A stretch of DNA of 64,000 nucleotides from Elusimicrobiota bacterium (GCA_043827405.1 JBDRPD010000034.1:1-64000); one strand, 5' to 3'; counted from the stretch's first letter, positions 35,600 to 46,245 are shown. Translations and numbers: made by a program. The notes: a model not told the origin generated them from the sequence alone.

Positions 35600-37741
35600 A
35601 TGATCAGGGAACTCTTCAAAAAATGCATCGCCGTGCTCATCGCGCTGCTGCTGTCGGCGCAAGGTCAGGGCGCGTTGGTGTGGGCCGCGGAAGCGGCGAC
35701 GCTCGACGGCATCGAGGTCCAGCCGGATCAGGTGACGATGCACCTCAGCAAAGAGGTCCGCTATAATAGTTTTATAACGGTTGAGCCGCCGCGCCTGATC
35801 GTTGAACTCCTCAATACCGAGTTCGCCGCCGCGCAGAAGACTCAGCAGGGGCAGGGGACGCTCCTTAATCGCGTGCGCGCGGCGCAGTATCAGCGCGAGC
35901 CTAATCTAATAACCCGGATCGTGCTGGACCTTAAGAAGCTCGCCGCGTACCGGGCGAAGTGGGATGGCGGCAAGCTGATCGTCATTCTCATGGGCGGCGA
36001 CAGCGACAGCGATGAGGGCGCGGATGCGGTCGCGGACGAGGAGGCGCCGGCGGTAGAGCAGGCGCTCAAGCCCGCTATCGAGCCGGCCAAGAAAACCGTC
36101 GTCGAGCGGGAGTTGCGGCCCGTGGTCAAGCGGGTGCAGAAGCCCGTTCCCGTGCCGGAGCCCGCGCCGGTCATGCGCGATGCGGCCGCTGAGGACGTCG
36201 CGCCGGTGCCTGCGCCGGCGCTGAAACCGGAGGTCGCGGCAGTCGCGCCGGAGCCGGAGGCCGCGCCGAAGCCGGCCGCTATGCCGAAGCGGATGACGAC
36301 GCAGGCATCAGAGGAGCTGACCCGGATGGCTATGAGTTCAGACGTCCGTCCGGGAGCCCCGGTCGAGGCGGCCGGCCAGCGCCGTGCGAGTAAGGGCCGG
36401 AAGCCGGCGGATGCCGAAGCGCGCCGGGATATTCTGGCGACACTGTCCACGGACCCCATCACGCTGGATTTTGACAATACCAATATCCAGGACATTCTAA
36501 AACTCCTGGCGGTGAAGGCGAAGGTTAATGTCGTATACGGACCGGACGTTACCGGTGCCCTGACCCTGCATTTGTCGGACGTGCCGTTTAATGAGGCCTT
36601 CATGACGGTCCTCTCCATGCAGGGGCTGGTCGTCGCCCAAGTCGGCCAGAATATCCTGCGGATAATGACGCCGATTACGATGTCCAAGGAGCGGGCGTCG
36701 GCCGTGACGCAGACGCGCGTTATCCACTTAAACTACGTCAAGGCGGCTGACGTCAAGAAGGCGTTGGATAGCGTTCGCACGGCGGAAGCAAGGGCGGGTG
36801 TCGTGAATTTCGACGAGTACACAAATTCCTTAATCATTACGGACAGCCTTGACGGCATCGCCGCGGCCGAGCGGCTGCTGGCGGAGCTGGATGTCCGGCC
36901 CCGGCAGGTCATGATCGAGTGCAAGCTGGTGGAAGTTATCCTAAGCAAGGATTTCAACGTCGGCATTGAGTGGGACTATTTTAGCGTGGACCAAAGCAAG
37001 CAGTTCGGCCAGCAGGGCTGGGACGTCATCGGCACTGTGGCGAACCCGTTGGTTGTCGGCGGCGCCGTCGCCCGCCCGTTTGATAATAATGCGCAGCTCA
37101 ATGCGGTTGGAACGGCGATACCCGGCGCGGGCGGCCGCGGAACGGGCGTATTCCTGCCGGCGACGAACGTATTCGGCGCTTTCACCTATGGCCGCATAAC
37201 GAACAACTACTTTCTGAATGCGACCCTGACCGCTGCCGCCTCGCGCGGCAAGGCCAAGGTGCTTTCCGACCCCAAGATTTCGGCGCTTAATGGAGAGAAG
37301 GCGTCGATCGATATTACGACGAATATCCCTTACGTGACCTCCGAAACGGTGCAGGGCGCGACGCCGACCACGACGGAAAAGGTCTCCTATACCGTCACGG
37401 GTATTAAGTTGGAAGTCACTCCGAACATCAATAGCGATGGCAGCATCACTCTTGAGATTAAGCCGGAGGTCAGTCAGCCGTCTACGGTGGCGTCCGCCGC
37501 CGGTGGGACCGGAGCGATCTCTACCGACTCGCGCAGCGCGCAGACGACCGTGCACGTCAACGACGGCGACACCATCGTCATCGGCGGTCTCATCTCCGAC
37601 ACGGAAAGCGAGAACATCGCCAAAATCCCGCTGCTGGGTGATATTCCGATCCTGGGATGGCTGTTTAAGAAGAAAACAAACGTCCGCAACCGGACCGAGC
37701 TGCTGATCTTCGTCACCAGTAAAATCGTTAACCCCTCCTAG
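35600..37741 (+). CDS. pilQ: Type IV pilus secretin PilQ (AMIN-like domain, long Pro/Ala linker)
   Basis: PPRLIVEL / RIVLDL AMIN-like domain, ITLDF....I.DIL, TNSLII.D, QVMIE.KLVE, GI.LEVTP.I, DGDTIVIGGL, KIPLLGDIPILGWLF, ELLIFVT. Confidence 0.93.
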   Translation: MIRELFKKCIAVLIALLLSAQGQGALVWAAEAATLDGIEVQPDQVTMHLSKEVRYNSFITVEPPRLIVELLNTEFAAAQKTQQGQGTLLNRVRAAQYQREPNLITRIVLDLKKLAAYRAKWDGGKLIVILMGGDSDSDEGADAVADEEAPAVEQALKPAIEPAKKTVVERELRPVVKRVQKPVPVPEPAPVMRDAAAEDVAPVPAPALKPEVAAVAPEPEAAPKPAAMPKRMTTQASEELTRMAMSSDVRPGAPVEAAGQRRASKGRKPADAEARRDILATLSTDPITLDFDNTNIQDILKLLAVKAKVNVVYGPDVTGALTLHLSDVPFNEAFMTVLSMQGLVVAQVGQNILRIMTPITMSKERASAVTQTRVIHLNYVKAADVKKALDSVRTAEARAGVVNFDEYTNSLIITDSLDGIAAAERLLAELDVRPRQVMIECKLVEVILSKDFNVGIEWDYFSVDQSKQFGQQGWDVIGTVANPLVVGGAVARPFDNNAQLNAVGTAIPGAGGRGTGVFLPATNVFGAFTYGRITNNYFLNATLTAAASRGKAKVLSDPKISALNGEKASIDITTNIPYVTSETVQGATPTTTEKVSYTVTGIKLEVTPNINSDGSITLEIKPEVSQPSTVASAAGGTGAISTDSRSAQTTVHVNDGDTIVIGGLISDTESENIAKIPLLGDIPILGWLFKKKTNVRNRTELLIFVTSKIVNPS

Positions 37742-37743
37742 GC

Positions 37744-39228
37744 GTGATCCTGCCCGCGCTGCTGGCCCTCGCGGTTGCGCTGGGCCCGCTGTTGCGCGGC
37801 TGTTGGGATATCTGGGCGCAGGCGCTCATCCATCAGGCCGCGGTATGCGGCATTATCCTCTGGCTGCTGTCGCGCGTGATTGTGGGCTATGTGCCGCTGC
37901 CGTCGCGCCGGAACCTGTTATGGGCGGTGCTGCTGACGGCGCTGGGCACGGCATCCGTCGTGCGCAGTCCGGTCCATGCTCTGGTCCTGCCCGAGTGGTA
38001 CAACTTTCTCAACGCCCTGTGGATATTCCCCATTATGGCCGCGGTATCCAAGGACGAGCGCCAGCATGTCGATATCGCGCTGCGGGCGGCGGCGTGGATA
38101 CTGATGGCGCTCGCTTTTTATCAGCACTTCCGGCTGGGAGAAGCCCGGCCGGCCAGCGCGCTGGTCAACGAGAACGTCTTTGCCGGGACGATTCTGCTGC
38201 TGCTGCCGTTGGCGCTGGAGAAAAAGGATTGGCTGCTGGCGGGAGGGCTGTTCGTGAACCTCCTGTGGACGCGGAGCGTAGGCGCCTGGCTGGGACTGGC
38301 CGTCGCTTTGCTGGTGACGCAGCGGGGGCGGCGCGCCGTCTGGTTCTGGGCCGGTCTGGCCCTGGGACTCCTCTGCGCCGTGGCGGTTTACAATAAGCTG
38401 CAGTCCCCGGACGTGCTCAACCGGCTGTACTGGTGGCAAGCGGCGGTCGCGATGATCTGCGAGCGTCCGCTCACCGGCTTCGGGCCGGGGGCGTACGCGC
38501 CGGTGCTGCCGGCGGTCGCGGCGAAAGAGGGCGTGTTCTCCGGGTATGCTCACCAGTATTTCCTGCAGACGGCGGCGGAGTACGGTATAGTATTCACCGG
38601 CATCTGGCTTGCGGGGCTGTGGAGCTGCGTCGTGCGCGGAAGTTCCTACAAGAGGTTCGGCGCGCTGGCTTTGCTCGTTTATTCCTGCTGTGATTGGTCG
38701 CTGTCGATGCCGGCCAACTTATGGCTGTTCTCATATTTTGCGGCGTCCTCGATTTCGGAGGGCTCACAGGGCGTCAATGTCCCAACGCGTTTTAAGCTTC
38801 CCTGCTGCGCGCTGCTGCTGCTTATTGGAGGGTTTCTAACCGTGCGCATTCTGCATCTATGGGCCGCCGACCGTGCGAAGACCCGGGCGGTCGCGGCGCT
38901 GCATTCCGGCGACCTCGCGGCGGCGCGCGCCGCCGGGGAGGCGGCGGCGCGGCATGTCGCCCGTGATCCCGACACGCAGGAGCTGCTCGCCGCTGCCGAC
39001 CTGGGGCGGACCGCCGGCCGGGGCGCGGGCGATTCTGCGCTGCGTTCGGCGGCCGGACATCTTGAGAAGGCGGCGCAATGGAATCCGTACCGAGCTCGCA
39101 CTTGGGCCGCTCTGGCTGACGTGCGGGGCCGGCTCGGGGACGGCCCGGGCGCCGCGGCGGCACGACGGGACGGCGCCCGGTGGAGTCTGCGCTACCGGCG
39201 CGGACTGGAGAAAGAAAGTGCTCGGTGA
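37744..39228 (+). CDS. O-antigen ligase / O-oligosaccharyltransferase-like (Wzy_C) membrane protein with a TPR-like tail
   Basis: N.N.FAG, T.S.GAWL, R..WW..A..M....PLTG.GPG.Y, YAH..F.Q.AAE.G. Immediately after pilQ. Confidence 0.8.
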   Translation: MILPALLALAVALGPLLRGCWDIWAQALIHQAAVCGIILWLLSRVIVGYVPLPSRRNLLWAVLLTALGTASVVRSPVHALVLPEWYNFLNALWIFPIMAAVSKDERQHVDIALRAAAWILMALAFYQHFRLGEARPASALVNENVFAGTILLLLPLALEKKDWLLAGGLFVNLLWTRSVGAWLGLAVALLVTQRGRRAVWFWAGLALGLLCAVAVYNKLQSPDVLNRLYWWQAAVAMICERPLTGFGPGAYAPVLPAVAAKEGVFSGYAHQYFLQTAAEYGIVFTGIWLAGLWSCVVRGSSYKRFGALALLVYSCCDWSLSMPANLWLFSYFAASSISEGSQGVNVPTRFKLPCCALLLLIGGFLTVRILHLWAADRAKTRAVAALHSGDLAAARAAGEAAARHVARDPDTQELLAAADLGRTAGRGAGDSALRSAAGHLEKAAQWNPYRARTWAALADVRGRLGDGPGAAAARRDGARWSLRYRRGLEKESAR

Positions 39229-41221
39229 GGGCCGCGGCCGTATAACGCGCCGCGATATCGCCGGTCTTGCGGCGCTCACGGCGCTGCCCGCGCTGCTCTT
39301 CGGCCTGCGCTGGGTGTTCGGCCAGACATTTTTTTGGGGCGACCTCCTGTATCTGCATTATCCCTGGAAGGCCGCGGCGGCGGAGCGTGTGCTGCAGGGA
39401 GCCGTGCCGTTATGGAACCCCTATATCTATCTGGGCATGCCGCTGGCCGCCGAGATGCAGTGCGCGGTTTGGTATCCGGGCTCACTGCCGTTTTATTTTT
39501 TTAATTTTCCGACGGCTCTGGCGGTGTTTCATACCGTTCATTTCGGGCTGGTCGGCATGTTCTCCTATCTGTGGCTGCGGCGGCTGGGTTTTTCTCGTGC
39601 GGCGGCCTGGGGCGGGGCGGCGGTATTCATGCTGTGCGGCAGCGTGGTCAGCCGCATCCCCTTTCTGAACCATATTTCGACGATCATGTTTTTCCCCGCC
39701 CTGCTGCTGCTGGCGCGGTTCCCCGTGCTGTTGGGGCTGGTTTTCGCGCTCGCCTTCTTCGGCGGCTACCCCACTATGCTCATCGGCGAGATCGCCGCGG
39801 CCTGGCTGCTGCATGTGCTGATCGAGGGGCGGGGACGACGCGCGCTGCGGGCGGCGCGCGTCTGGGCGGCGGCGGCCGTTCTGGGCCTGGGCCTTGCGGC
39901 CTGCCTGTTCCTGCCGGCGGCCCAGTTGGCGGCCGGTTCCAAGCGCGGGCAGGGCATGGAGGCGCCGGAGGTGTTGACCTGGTCGTTTCGTCCGGGAGAT
40001 TTGGTGCAGCTGACCGCTCCGCCGCTGATACCCGCCGGCGAGTTCTCGCCGACGGGCTTATGGTGGAAGACGGTATATTTCGGCTTCGGCGGGTGCGCCG
40101 CCGCCGCCGCCGGACTGCTGGCCGCCGGTCCTGCGGCGGCCGCGGCGGCGGCCGGCTATATCGGCGCGGTGCTGCTGATCCTGCTGGGGGATGGAAATCC
40201 GGTCTCGCATTTCATTTGGACTTATTTTCTGCCGCTTAAATACGTGCGCTATCCCGGCAATATGGCGTACCTGCTGCTGCCGGCCGCGGCGCTGCTGATC
40301 GCCCGCGGACTGCATCGACGCCGCTGGGCATGGGGTGCGGCGGCGGTCATTGCCGTCGAACTGGGCGTGTATGCCGCGGTCTCGCAGCCCACGGTCAGCA
40401 AGGGTTATTTCGCCGACAGCGGCCCGCTGGTGCGCGTGCTGCGCCGGGAATTGGACGGGCATCGCTACCTGCTGTCGCCGCTGGCGCTGCATTGGCAGCG
40501 CGGGGCCGGCGGAGACTCGCCCGCCGCCTTTCGCGATCTAAAGCACCGCCTCTACGGTCTGACCAATATGCCTTATCATCTGGAGAGCGTCGGCAGTTTC
40601 GGCGAGCCGCTGGTGCCGCAGCCGTCCTATGATTTTATGGATTTCATCTTCAGTCGTCCCAGCTTGGCGGAGGCGGCGCGGTGGCTCCATTGGGCGGATG
40701 TCCGCATCCTTATGACGCGCGATCAAATGGCCGGCGGCGCGCTGCGCTACCTCGGCGACAGCTTATGGCATATCTACGCGAACACCGAGCCGGTTTCTCG
40801 AGCGTACTGGTTCGCTGAGGACGCCGGCGGAAATATCCCCGCCGTCCTCGGCCGGCTCCCGGGGGCCGATGTCGGGCGGGGCATACCGCTGTCGGTGGAG
40901 CGGTCGCGCGATGAGCGGTTTTCGATCGCCGCCTCTTTCCCGCGGCCGGGCTGGGTGTATGTCTCTGAACCGCTGGGCCCGGGTTGGAAAGTGGAGGTCA
41001 ACGGCCGCGCGGCGAGGACGGTTCCGGCGCTGCGCGCTTTTCACCGGCTGCGCGTGCCGGCGGGTAAGTGGCGGGCGGCGTTTCGCTATGAGCCGGTATT
41101 CTGGCGCCTGGGTTTGTGGCTGACTTTGCTCGTTCTGTGCGGCCTGACGGCATATTGGTACAACCGGCTTCTCATATATTCCGCAGGACAGGGCGTCCTC
41201 CAGCGCCGCTTGCGAGCATGA
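39218..41221 (+). CDS. YfhO-like GT-C membrane protein
   Basis: GDL...YP, PLWNPY...GMPL.A......YP, and C-terminal 'E...PGW.V.VNG...L.VPAG.....F.Y.P'. Start GTG39218 follows GGAG. Confidence 0.8.
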   Translation: MLGEGRGRITRRDIAGLAALTALPALLFGLRWVFGQTFFWGDLLYLHYPWKAAAAERVLQGAVPLWNPYIYLGMPLAAEMQCAVWYPGSLPFYFFNFPTALAVFHTVHFGLVGMFSYLWLRRLGFSRAAAWGGAAVFMLCGSVVSRIPFLNHISTIMFFPALLLLARFPVLLGLVFALAFFGGYPTMLIGEIAAAWLLHVLIEGRGRRALRAARVWAAAAVLGLGLAACLFLPAAQLAAGSKRGQGMEAPEVLTWSFRPGDLVQLTAPPLIPAGEFSPTGLWWKTVYFGFGGCAAAAAGLLAAGPAAAAAAAGYIGAVLLILLGDGNPVSHFIWTYFLPLKYVRYPGNMAYLLLPAAALLIARGLHRRRWAWGAAAVIAVELGVYAAVSQPTVSKGYFADSGPLVRVLRRELDGHRYLLSPLALHWQRGAGGDSPAAFRDLKHRLYGLTNMPYHLESVGSFGEPLVPQPSYDFMDFIFSRPSLAEAARWLHWADVRILMTRDQMAGGALRYLGDSLWHIYANTEPVSRAYWFAEDAGGNIPAVLGRLPGADVGRGIPLSVERSRDERFSIAASFPRPGWVYVSEPLGPGWKVEVNGRAARTVPALRAFHRLRVPAGKWRAAFRYEPVFWRLGLWLTLLVLCGLTAYWYNRLLIYSAGQGVLQRRLRA

Positions 41222-43089
41222 GAAAAAAAGACTTTTTTTTCATCGCGCTATTGGCGGGGGTCATCCTGGCGGTTCTCATGCCGGCGCTGCTGCAGCCCGC
41301 GAAGACGCTGGGAAATTTCGGCGATATCTACGCCTACCACCATCCGCTGCAGCATGCGGCGGCGTCCGAGATACAGTCGGGGCGCCTTCCATTCTGGAAC
41401 CCGTATGTATTCGCCGGCCTGCCGCTGCTGGCGAATTCCCAGTCGGCGGTTTTTTACCCGCCGGCCGTCCTGCTGCGGATGTTTCCTCTGGCTTACGCCT
41501 TCACGCTGTACGCCCTTCTGCATCTGCTGCTCGCGGCTTTGGGGATGTATCTGCTGCTGCGGTCATGCCGGGTGGATGCGGCGATGTCCGCTCTGTTTAC
41601 GGCGGCGTTTTCCCTGGGGCCGTTTCTGATTTATCGCATTCCGCAGGGTATCCCGACGCATTTATCGGCGCTGGCATTCGTCCCTTGGTGCTGGCTTGCG
41701 CTGCGCTCAGGCCGGACCGGGTATCTCGGCGGAGTATGGGCGCTGCAATTTTTTAGCGGCCATCCGCAGTTCGCGCTGATCAATGCGGCGGGGATGGGCG
41801 TTTATGCCGCGTTCGCGCTGGCCCGTAGGAACGCCGCCCCGTTTGCGGCGCTGGTTCGGGAGGGGGGTATCGCCGCGGCGCTGTGCCTGGTGCAGCTGTT
41901 TCCCATGGCCGAGTTCATCGCGCAGTCGAATCGCGCGGGGATTCCCGCCGCCTTTAAGACCGCCTATTCCATGCCTTTTTCCGCGCTGGCCACCCTGCTG
42001 CGGCCGTCCCTGTTCGGCGATCCCCTTGGCGGCGGCTTCGCTTCGGTCCCCTCCGTTTTTTTTGAGATGTACGTCGTGTATGTCGGATGGATTCCGTTCG
42101 TCCTGGCGGTTTTCGGCTTGTACGCCGCTTGCCGGCGTGACCAGACGGCCGGCCCGTTGGATCCGCGTCTGGGATGGGCGTTGGCCGCGATCGGCGTGTT
42201 CTTCGCCATGGGCAGCCATAACCCGTTGGCCGGGCTGATGCAGCACCTTCCCGTCGCGGGTCTTTCCCGGGTTCCCGCCCGTTTCACCTTGCTTGTTTTC
42301 TGGGGATTGCTGACCGCCGGCGCCGGGGGCTGGCTCGCGCTGCGCCGCCGCCATCGAGTGCCTCCTATGTGGAAGGCGGCGGCGCTGCTTCTCGTGCTCG
42401 CGGATGCGGGCTTCTGGGCGGCCCGCTTTGTCTACGCAGAGAATCCGGAGCCGTACTTGCGGCCGAATCCGGTGATGCGCCGCGAGCTGGCCGGCCGGCA
42501 GGTGCGCTTCGCGAGCAGTCCTGAACTGGCCAACCCGAATAAAGCCGTCCTGTATCGGGCGATGAACGTAAACGGCTACGATGCCTTTTACCTGGACAGC
42601 TATACGCGCTATGCGGCGCGCTCAGAGCGCGGGCCCGCCGGTGATCCGAGCCGGACCTATATTCGGCGCGCCGATTCCGCCGAGATGAAGAGGCTCGGCG
42701 TGGCGTATTATCTTGAGGTGAATGGTGGGATGAAGCTCCGCCGGCAGCCCAACGCCTACCCGCTCGCTTATATCGAACCGGCCGGCGGCGCGGCGCGGGC
42801 GACGCAGCGGGCGCCGGGGCGCTGGCTGGTGCGCGGCGCCGGTGCCGTTGCGGGCGCACGGTTGATTCTGAGCATACCGCGCTATCCGGGGTGGCGGGCC
42901 TATGTGAACGGCGGCCGCGTGCCGGTGTCGCTGCATGACGGGCTCGTGCAATCAATCGCGGTGCCGGCCGAGCAGCCTTTTCGCGCCGACTTCCTCTTTA
43001 TTCCGACCGCCTGGATGCTGCTGTGCGCGGTTTCGGCCGCGGCGTGGATCGCCTGGTCGGCGTTTTTCCCGCGGAGCGTGTTCGCATGA
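41218..43089 (+). CDS. YfhO-like GT-C membrane protein (second copy)
   Basis: GDI..Y.HP, LPFWNPY.F.G.PLLAN...A.FYP, GHPQ, SRVPARF, NGYD, YPGWRA.VNG. Start ATG41218. Confidence 0.82.
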   Translation: MRKKDFFFIALLAGVILAVLMPALLQPAKTLGNFGDIYAYHHPLQHAAASEIQSGRLPFWNPYVFAGLPLLANSQSAVFYPPAVLLRMFPLAYAFTLYALLHLLLAALGMYLLLRSCRVDAAMSALFTAAFSLGPFLIYRIPQGIPTHLSALAFVPWCWLALRSGRTGYLGGVWALQFFSGHPQFALINAAGMGVYAAFALARRNAAPFAALVREGGIAAALCLVQLFPMAEFIAQSNRAGIPAAFKTAYSMPFSALATLLRPSLFGDPLGGGFASVPSVFFEMYVVYVGWIPFVLAVFGLYAACRRDQTAGPLDPRLGWALAAIGVFFAMGSHNPLAGLMQHLPVAGLSRVPARFTLLVFWGLLTAGAGGWLALRRRHRVPPMWKAAALLLVLADAGFWAARFVYAENPEPYLRPNPVMRRELAGRQVRFASSPELANPNKAVLYRAMNVNGYDAFYLDSYTRYAARSERGPAGDPSRTYIRRADSAEMKRLGVAYYLEVNGGMKLRRQPNAYPLAYIEPAGGAARATQRAPGRWLVRGAGAVAGARLILSIPRYPGWRAYVNGGRVPVSLHDGLVQSIAVPAEQPFRADFLFIPTAWMLLCAVSAAAWIAWSAFFPRSVFA

Positions 43090-44069
43090 GGCCGGGCGGG
43101 CGGCAGGCGTCCATGGCCGTTGGGGTCGCGGTGGGGGCGCTGCTGTTGTGGTTCGCTTTCCGCGATGTGCGTCCCCTCGAGATCATCGGGGCGCTGGCTG
43201 ATTTCCGGCCGGTGTGGCTGCCGGTTATCATTTTTTTCCAGCTGCTGGACCTGTTGGCGCGGGCGGCCCGCTGGCAGGTTCTGCTGGCTCCTATGGTGCG
43301 TGCCGACCTGTGGCTGCTGTATCAGATCCAGACGATCAGCCTGACGATCAATAATCTCATTCTGATGCGGCTGGGCGAGTTCGCCAAGGGCGTCATCGGC
43401 GGACAGGAACTGAAAATCCCGACTATCAGCGTGTTGGCGACGGTGGTCGTGGAGCGTATTTGCGATACGATATCCCTATTGGTGCTGTTCGCCGGCTGCA
43501 GCTTTTTCGCGCCGGACTTCGTTGATGCGCGCATAAGAAACACCGCCGCGGCGGGTGCGGCGGGGCTGTTCGCGGCGCTGCTCGCCGCCGTGCTGGGCGG
43601 CGCTTGGCTGCGCGGCACGCGGCCGTTCGCGGCGCTGCGCAGTTATCCGGTAATCCATCGTCTGGCGGAAGATTTGATTCAGGGGACGCAGGCGCTGCGA
43701 TCCTGGTCCGCCGCGCTGCGCGTCGCGGCGTTCAGCTGCGGGCTGTGGCTCAGCGATGCGGCGATGTTTTGGGCCGCGGCGCGGGCGATGAACCTGGAGC
43801 CGCCGCTGCTTTTTACCCGTTCGGTGTTCGCCTTGGCTTCGGCGGCGGCGGCGTGCGCGCTGCCGTCGCTGCCGGGCGCGTTCGGTAACTTTGAGGCGGC
43901 GGTGAAGGCGATTATGCACCACCTGGGCTATTCCAAGGCGTTGGCGCTCAGCTACGGAGCTTTTCTGCACCTGATGGTATTTTCTATTGTCAGTCTTATG
44001 GGGGTCGTATTCTTTTACCGGCTCGGACATACGTTCGCCGGCCTGCGCCAGGCGGTGGAGAAAAAATGA
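43086..44069 (+). CDS. LPG_synthase_TM / flippase-like membrane protein (YbhN/AglD-like)
   Basis: RA.RW..LL, NN....RLGE, TVVVER..D, LP..PG.FG.FE. Start ATG43086. Confidence 0.85.
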   Translation: MRPGGRQASMAVGVAVGALLLWFAFRDVRPLEIIGALADFRPVWLPVIIFFQLLDLLARAARWQVLLAPMVRADLWLLYQIQTISLTINNLILMRLGEFAKGVIGGQELKIPTISVLATVVVERICDTISLLVLFAGCSFFAPDFVDARIRNTAAAGAAGLFAALLAAVLGGAWLRGTRPFAALRSYPVIHRLAEDLIQGTQALRSWSAALRVAAFSCGLWLSDAAMFWAAARAMNLEPPLLFTRSVFALASAAAACALPSLPGAFGNFEAAVKAIMHHLGYSKALALSYGAFLHLMVFSIVSLMGVVFFYRLGHTFAGLRQAVEKK

Positions 44070-45091
44070 AACTGCATCTGCTGCCGGTGCTGGCATGTCC
44101 CGCGTGCGAGGGAGATATCGCATATGAGTCCCTGGAGCGGCAGCCGCGCGACGGCGAAGAGATAGAGAGTGGCATGCTTAAGTGCGTGCGATGCGCACAG
44201 GAGTACCCTATTATCGACGGCATCCCCCGTCTATTCCCCGCCGAGGAGCTTGATGCGCGGGTGCGCAAGACCCGGGAGAGCTTCGGTTGGGAATGGCTGC
44301 GCTACCCCGGCTCGCGCCCGGAAGACCGGGACCTGTTTCTCGAGGAGACGCAGCTGGGAGCGGATCAGTGGCGGGACCGCTTTGTGTTGGATGCCGGATG
44401 CGGCATGGGGCGTTATACCAAGGTCGCGCTGTCTTTGGGGGCGGAAGTGCTCTCTTTTGACCTTTCAGACAGTATTCTGCGCCTGATTCCCGAAGCGCGG
44501 AAGAATCCCCGGCTCCATCTCGTGCAGGGCAATCTGCTCGCGCCGCCGTTCAAGCCCGGCCGTTTCGACACCATCTACAGTCAGGGGGTCATCCACCATA
44601 CCGCCGATACGCGGGGCGCGTTCGATGAGATATCGCGGCTGGTTAAACGTGACGGGCACCTGTCGGTCTGGGTTTACGGTACGCCCGGGTCCTATCGGAG
44701 TTTTTCGACCAACCCGCTGCGCAGCGGGCGAAGGTGGCTGGGGCGGGTTCTTCCTCTCGTCTGGCTCGCCGTTTGGGCGCGGCAGTTGTTGAGCGACGCG
44801 GTGCGCGCGGTGACAACCCGCATGCCGGTGCGGCTGCTGTATGCCCTATGCTATCCGCTGACCCTGCTGGGCGCGGTTCCGGTGGTGAAGTATTTGACGT
44901 TTTCAGTGGAGCCGGATTTCGGCGTTCGGCTGACCGAGAACTTCGACTGGCTGGCGCCGCCGTTCCAGACCAAGCATACGAAAGAGGAGGTGCGGGGGTG
45001 GTTCGAATCGGCGGGCTATGAGGTGCTGCGCCATCTGCCGCACGGGGTGGTGCCGAAGATCGGGATTTTGGGTATAAAGAAACAGGGATGA
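44066..45091 (+). CDS. SAM-dependent methyltransferase with an N-terminal Trm112-like Zn domain
   Basis: LACPAC...L.C..C..EYPIIDGIPRL, SFG.EW, VLDAGCGMGR, GVIHHT, FDWLAP. Confidence 0.85.
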   Translation: MKLHLLPVLACPACEGDIAYESLERQPRDGEEIESGMLKCVRCAQEYPIIDGIPRLFPAEELDARVRKTRESFGWEWLRYPGSRPEDRDLFLEETQLGADQWRDRFVLDAGCGMGRYTKVALSLGAEVLSFDLSDSILRLIPEARKNPRLHLVQGNLLAPPFKPGRFDTIYSQGVIHHTADTRGAFDEISRLVKRDGHLSVWVYGTPGSYRSFSTNPLRSGRRWLGRVLPLVWLAVWARQLLSDAVRAVTTRMPVRLLYALCYPLTLLGAVPVVKYLTFSVEPDFGVRLTENFDWLAPPFQTKHTKEEVRGWFESAGYEVLRHLPHGVVPKIGILGIKKQG

Positions 45092-46239
45092 GCACGCGGG
45101 GCGGCGGGATGACCGGGGTCGTGATGCTCACGCCGAACTTCCACCCGTATGTCGGCGGCGCCGAGAAGCAGGCCCTGGAGCTGTCGAAGGCGCTGAGCGC
45201 TTTGGGCGTTCGCGTGCAGGTGCTGACGCGGCGGGTGCGCGGTCTGCGCACCGAGGACGAAGTTTCGGGAATCCCCGTTTACCGCGCCTTCGCCTGCGGC
45301 GGCGGGCTGGTCAATGCCGTTACTTTTCTGTTTTCCAGTTTTATTTACCTGCTGCGGCGCTCCGCGGCGTATGACGTCATCCATGTGCATCTCGCGGGCT
45401 CGCCCGCCGTCGCCGCCTGCCTGGCGGGCCGGCTGCTGGGCAAGCGCGTCGTCGTCAAGGTCGGCGGGGGGCGCGGGATCGGTGAAATCGCCATGTCGCG
45501 GCGGACGCCGGCGGGGCGGCTAAAGCTGCTGCTGCTGCGCCGGATGAAGCCGCGGTTCGTCGCGGTGACTGAGGATTTGCGGCGGGAGATGATGGAGTTC
45601 GGCTTCACCGACGCGGTGCGGGTCGTGCCGAACGGCGTCGATATCGGCCGCTACCGTCCGGCGCGGGCGGATGAGAAGAGCGCGCTGCGCGCCGATCTGG
45701 AGTGGCCGGCGGGGACCTGCTTCCTGTACGTCGGCAGGCTGGCGGCGGAGAAGCAGCTGGATTTCTTCCTGCGCGCGTTTGCCGCGGCGATGGGCGGCTG
45801 CGCGGAGCGGGCCTTCTGCGTATTCGCCGGCGGCGGCGGCGAGCAAGCGCGTCTGCGGGACGTCGCGCGCGCCCAGGGCATCGCCGATGCGGTGCTGTTT
45901 GTTCCGCCGACCGACCGTATCGAGAGGCTTTACGCCGCGGCCGATGTATTCGTGCTGCCCTCGGTGTCGGAAGGTCTATCGAACGCGCTGCTGGAGGCGA
46001 TGGCGGCGGGGCTGCCGATTTTGGGCAGCCGCGTCGGCGGAACCCGGGAAGTCGTGAAGGACGGCGAGGCGGGGACGCTGTTCGCGGTCGACGATTTCGA
46101 CGGACTGCGGCGTGCCGTTGTGCGCTACGTGAAAGGTCCCGGCTTTGCCGCCGAGCAGGGACGGATCGCGCGCCGGGAAGCGGAACAGAAGTATTCGCTC
46201 GCAAGCGTCGCTAAACGTTATCTGGAGATCTACCACTAA
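45088..46239 (+). CDS. Glycosyltransferase family 4
   Basis: GGAE.Q, VPNGVD, YVGRL..EK, DVFVLPS..EGLSNALLEAMA.GLP. Confidence 0.92.
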   Translation: MSTRGGGMTGVVMLTPNFHPYVGGAEKQALELSKALSALGVRVQVLTRRVRGLRTEDEVSGIPVYRAFACGGGLVNAVTFLFSSFIYLLRRSAAYDVIHVHLAGSPAVAACLAGRLLGKRVVVKVGGGRGIGEIAMSRRTPAGRLKLLLLRRMKPRFVAVTEDLRREMMEFGFTDAVRVVPNGVDIGRYRPARADEKSALRADLEWPAGTCFLYVGRLAAEKQLDFFLRAFAAAMGGCAERAFCVFAGGGGEQARLRDVARAQGIADAVLFVPPTDRIERLYAAADVFVLPSVSEGLSNALLEAMAAGLPILGSRVGGTREVVKDGEAGTLFAVDDFDGLRRAVVRYVKGPGFAAEQGRIARREAEQKYSLASVAKRYLEIYH

Positions 46240-46245
46240 ATTATT

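Noticed and set aside
32600..35600. Lower-GC appearance of pilM-pilP as a sign of horizontal transfer
   Set aside because: Explained by the promoter region and Lys/Ile-rich proteins. No integrase, tRNA, IS or flanking repeats were seen.
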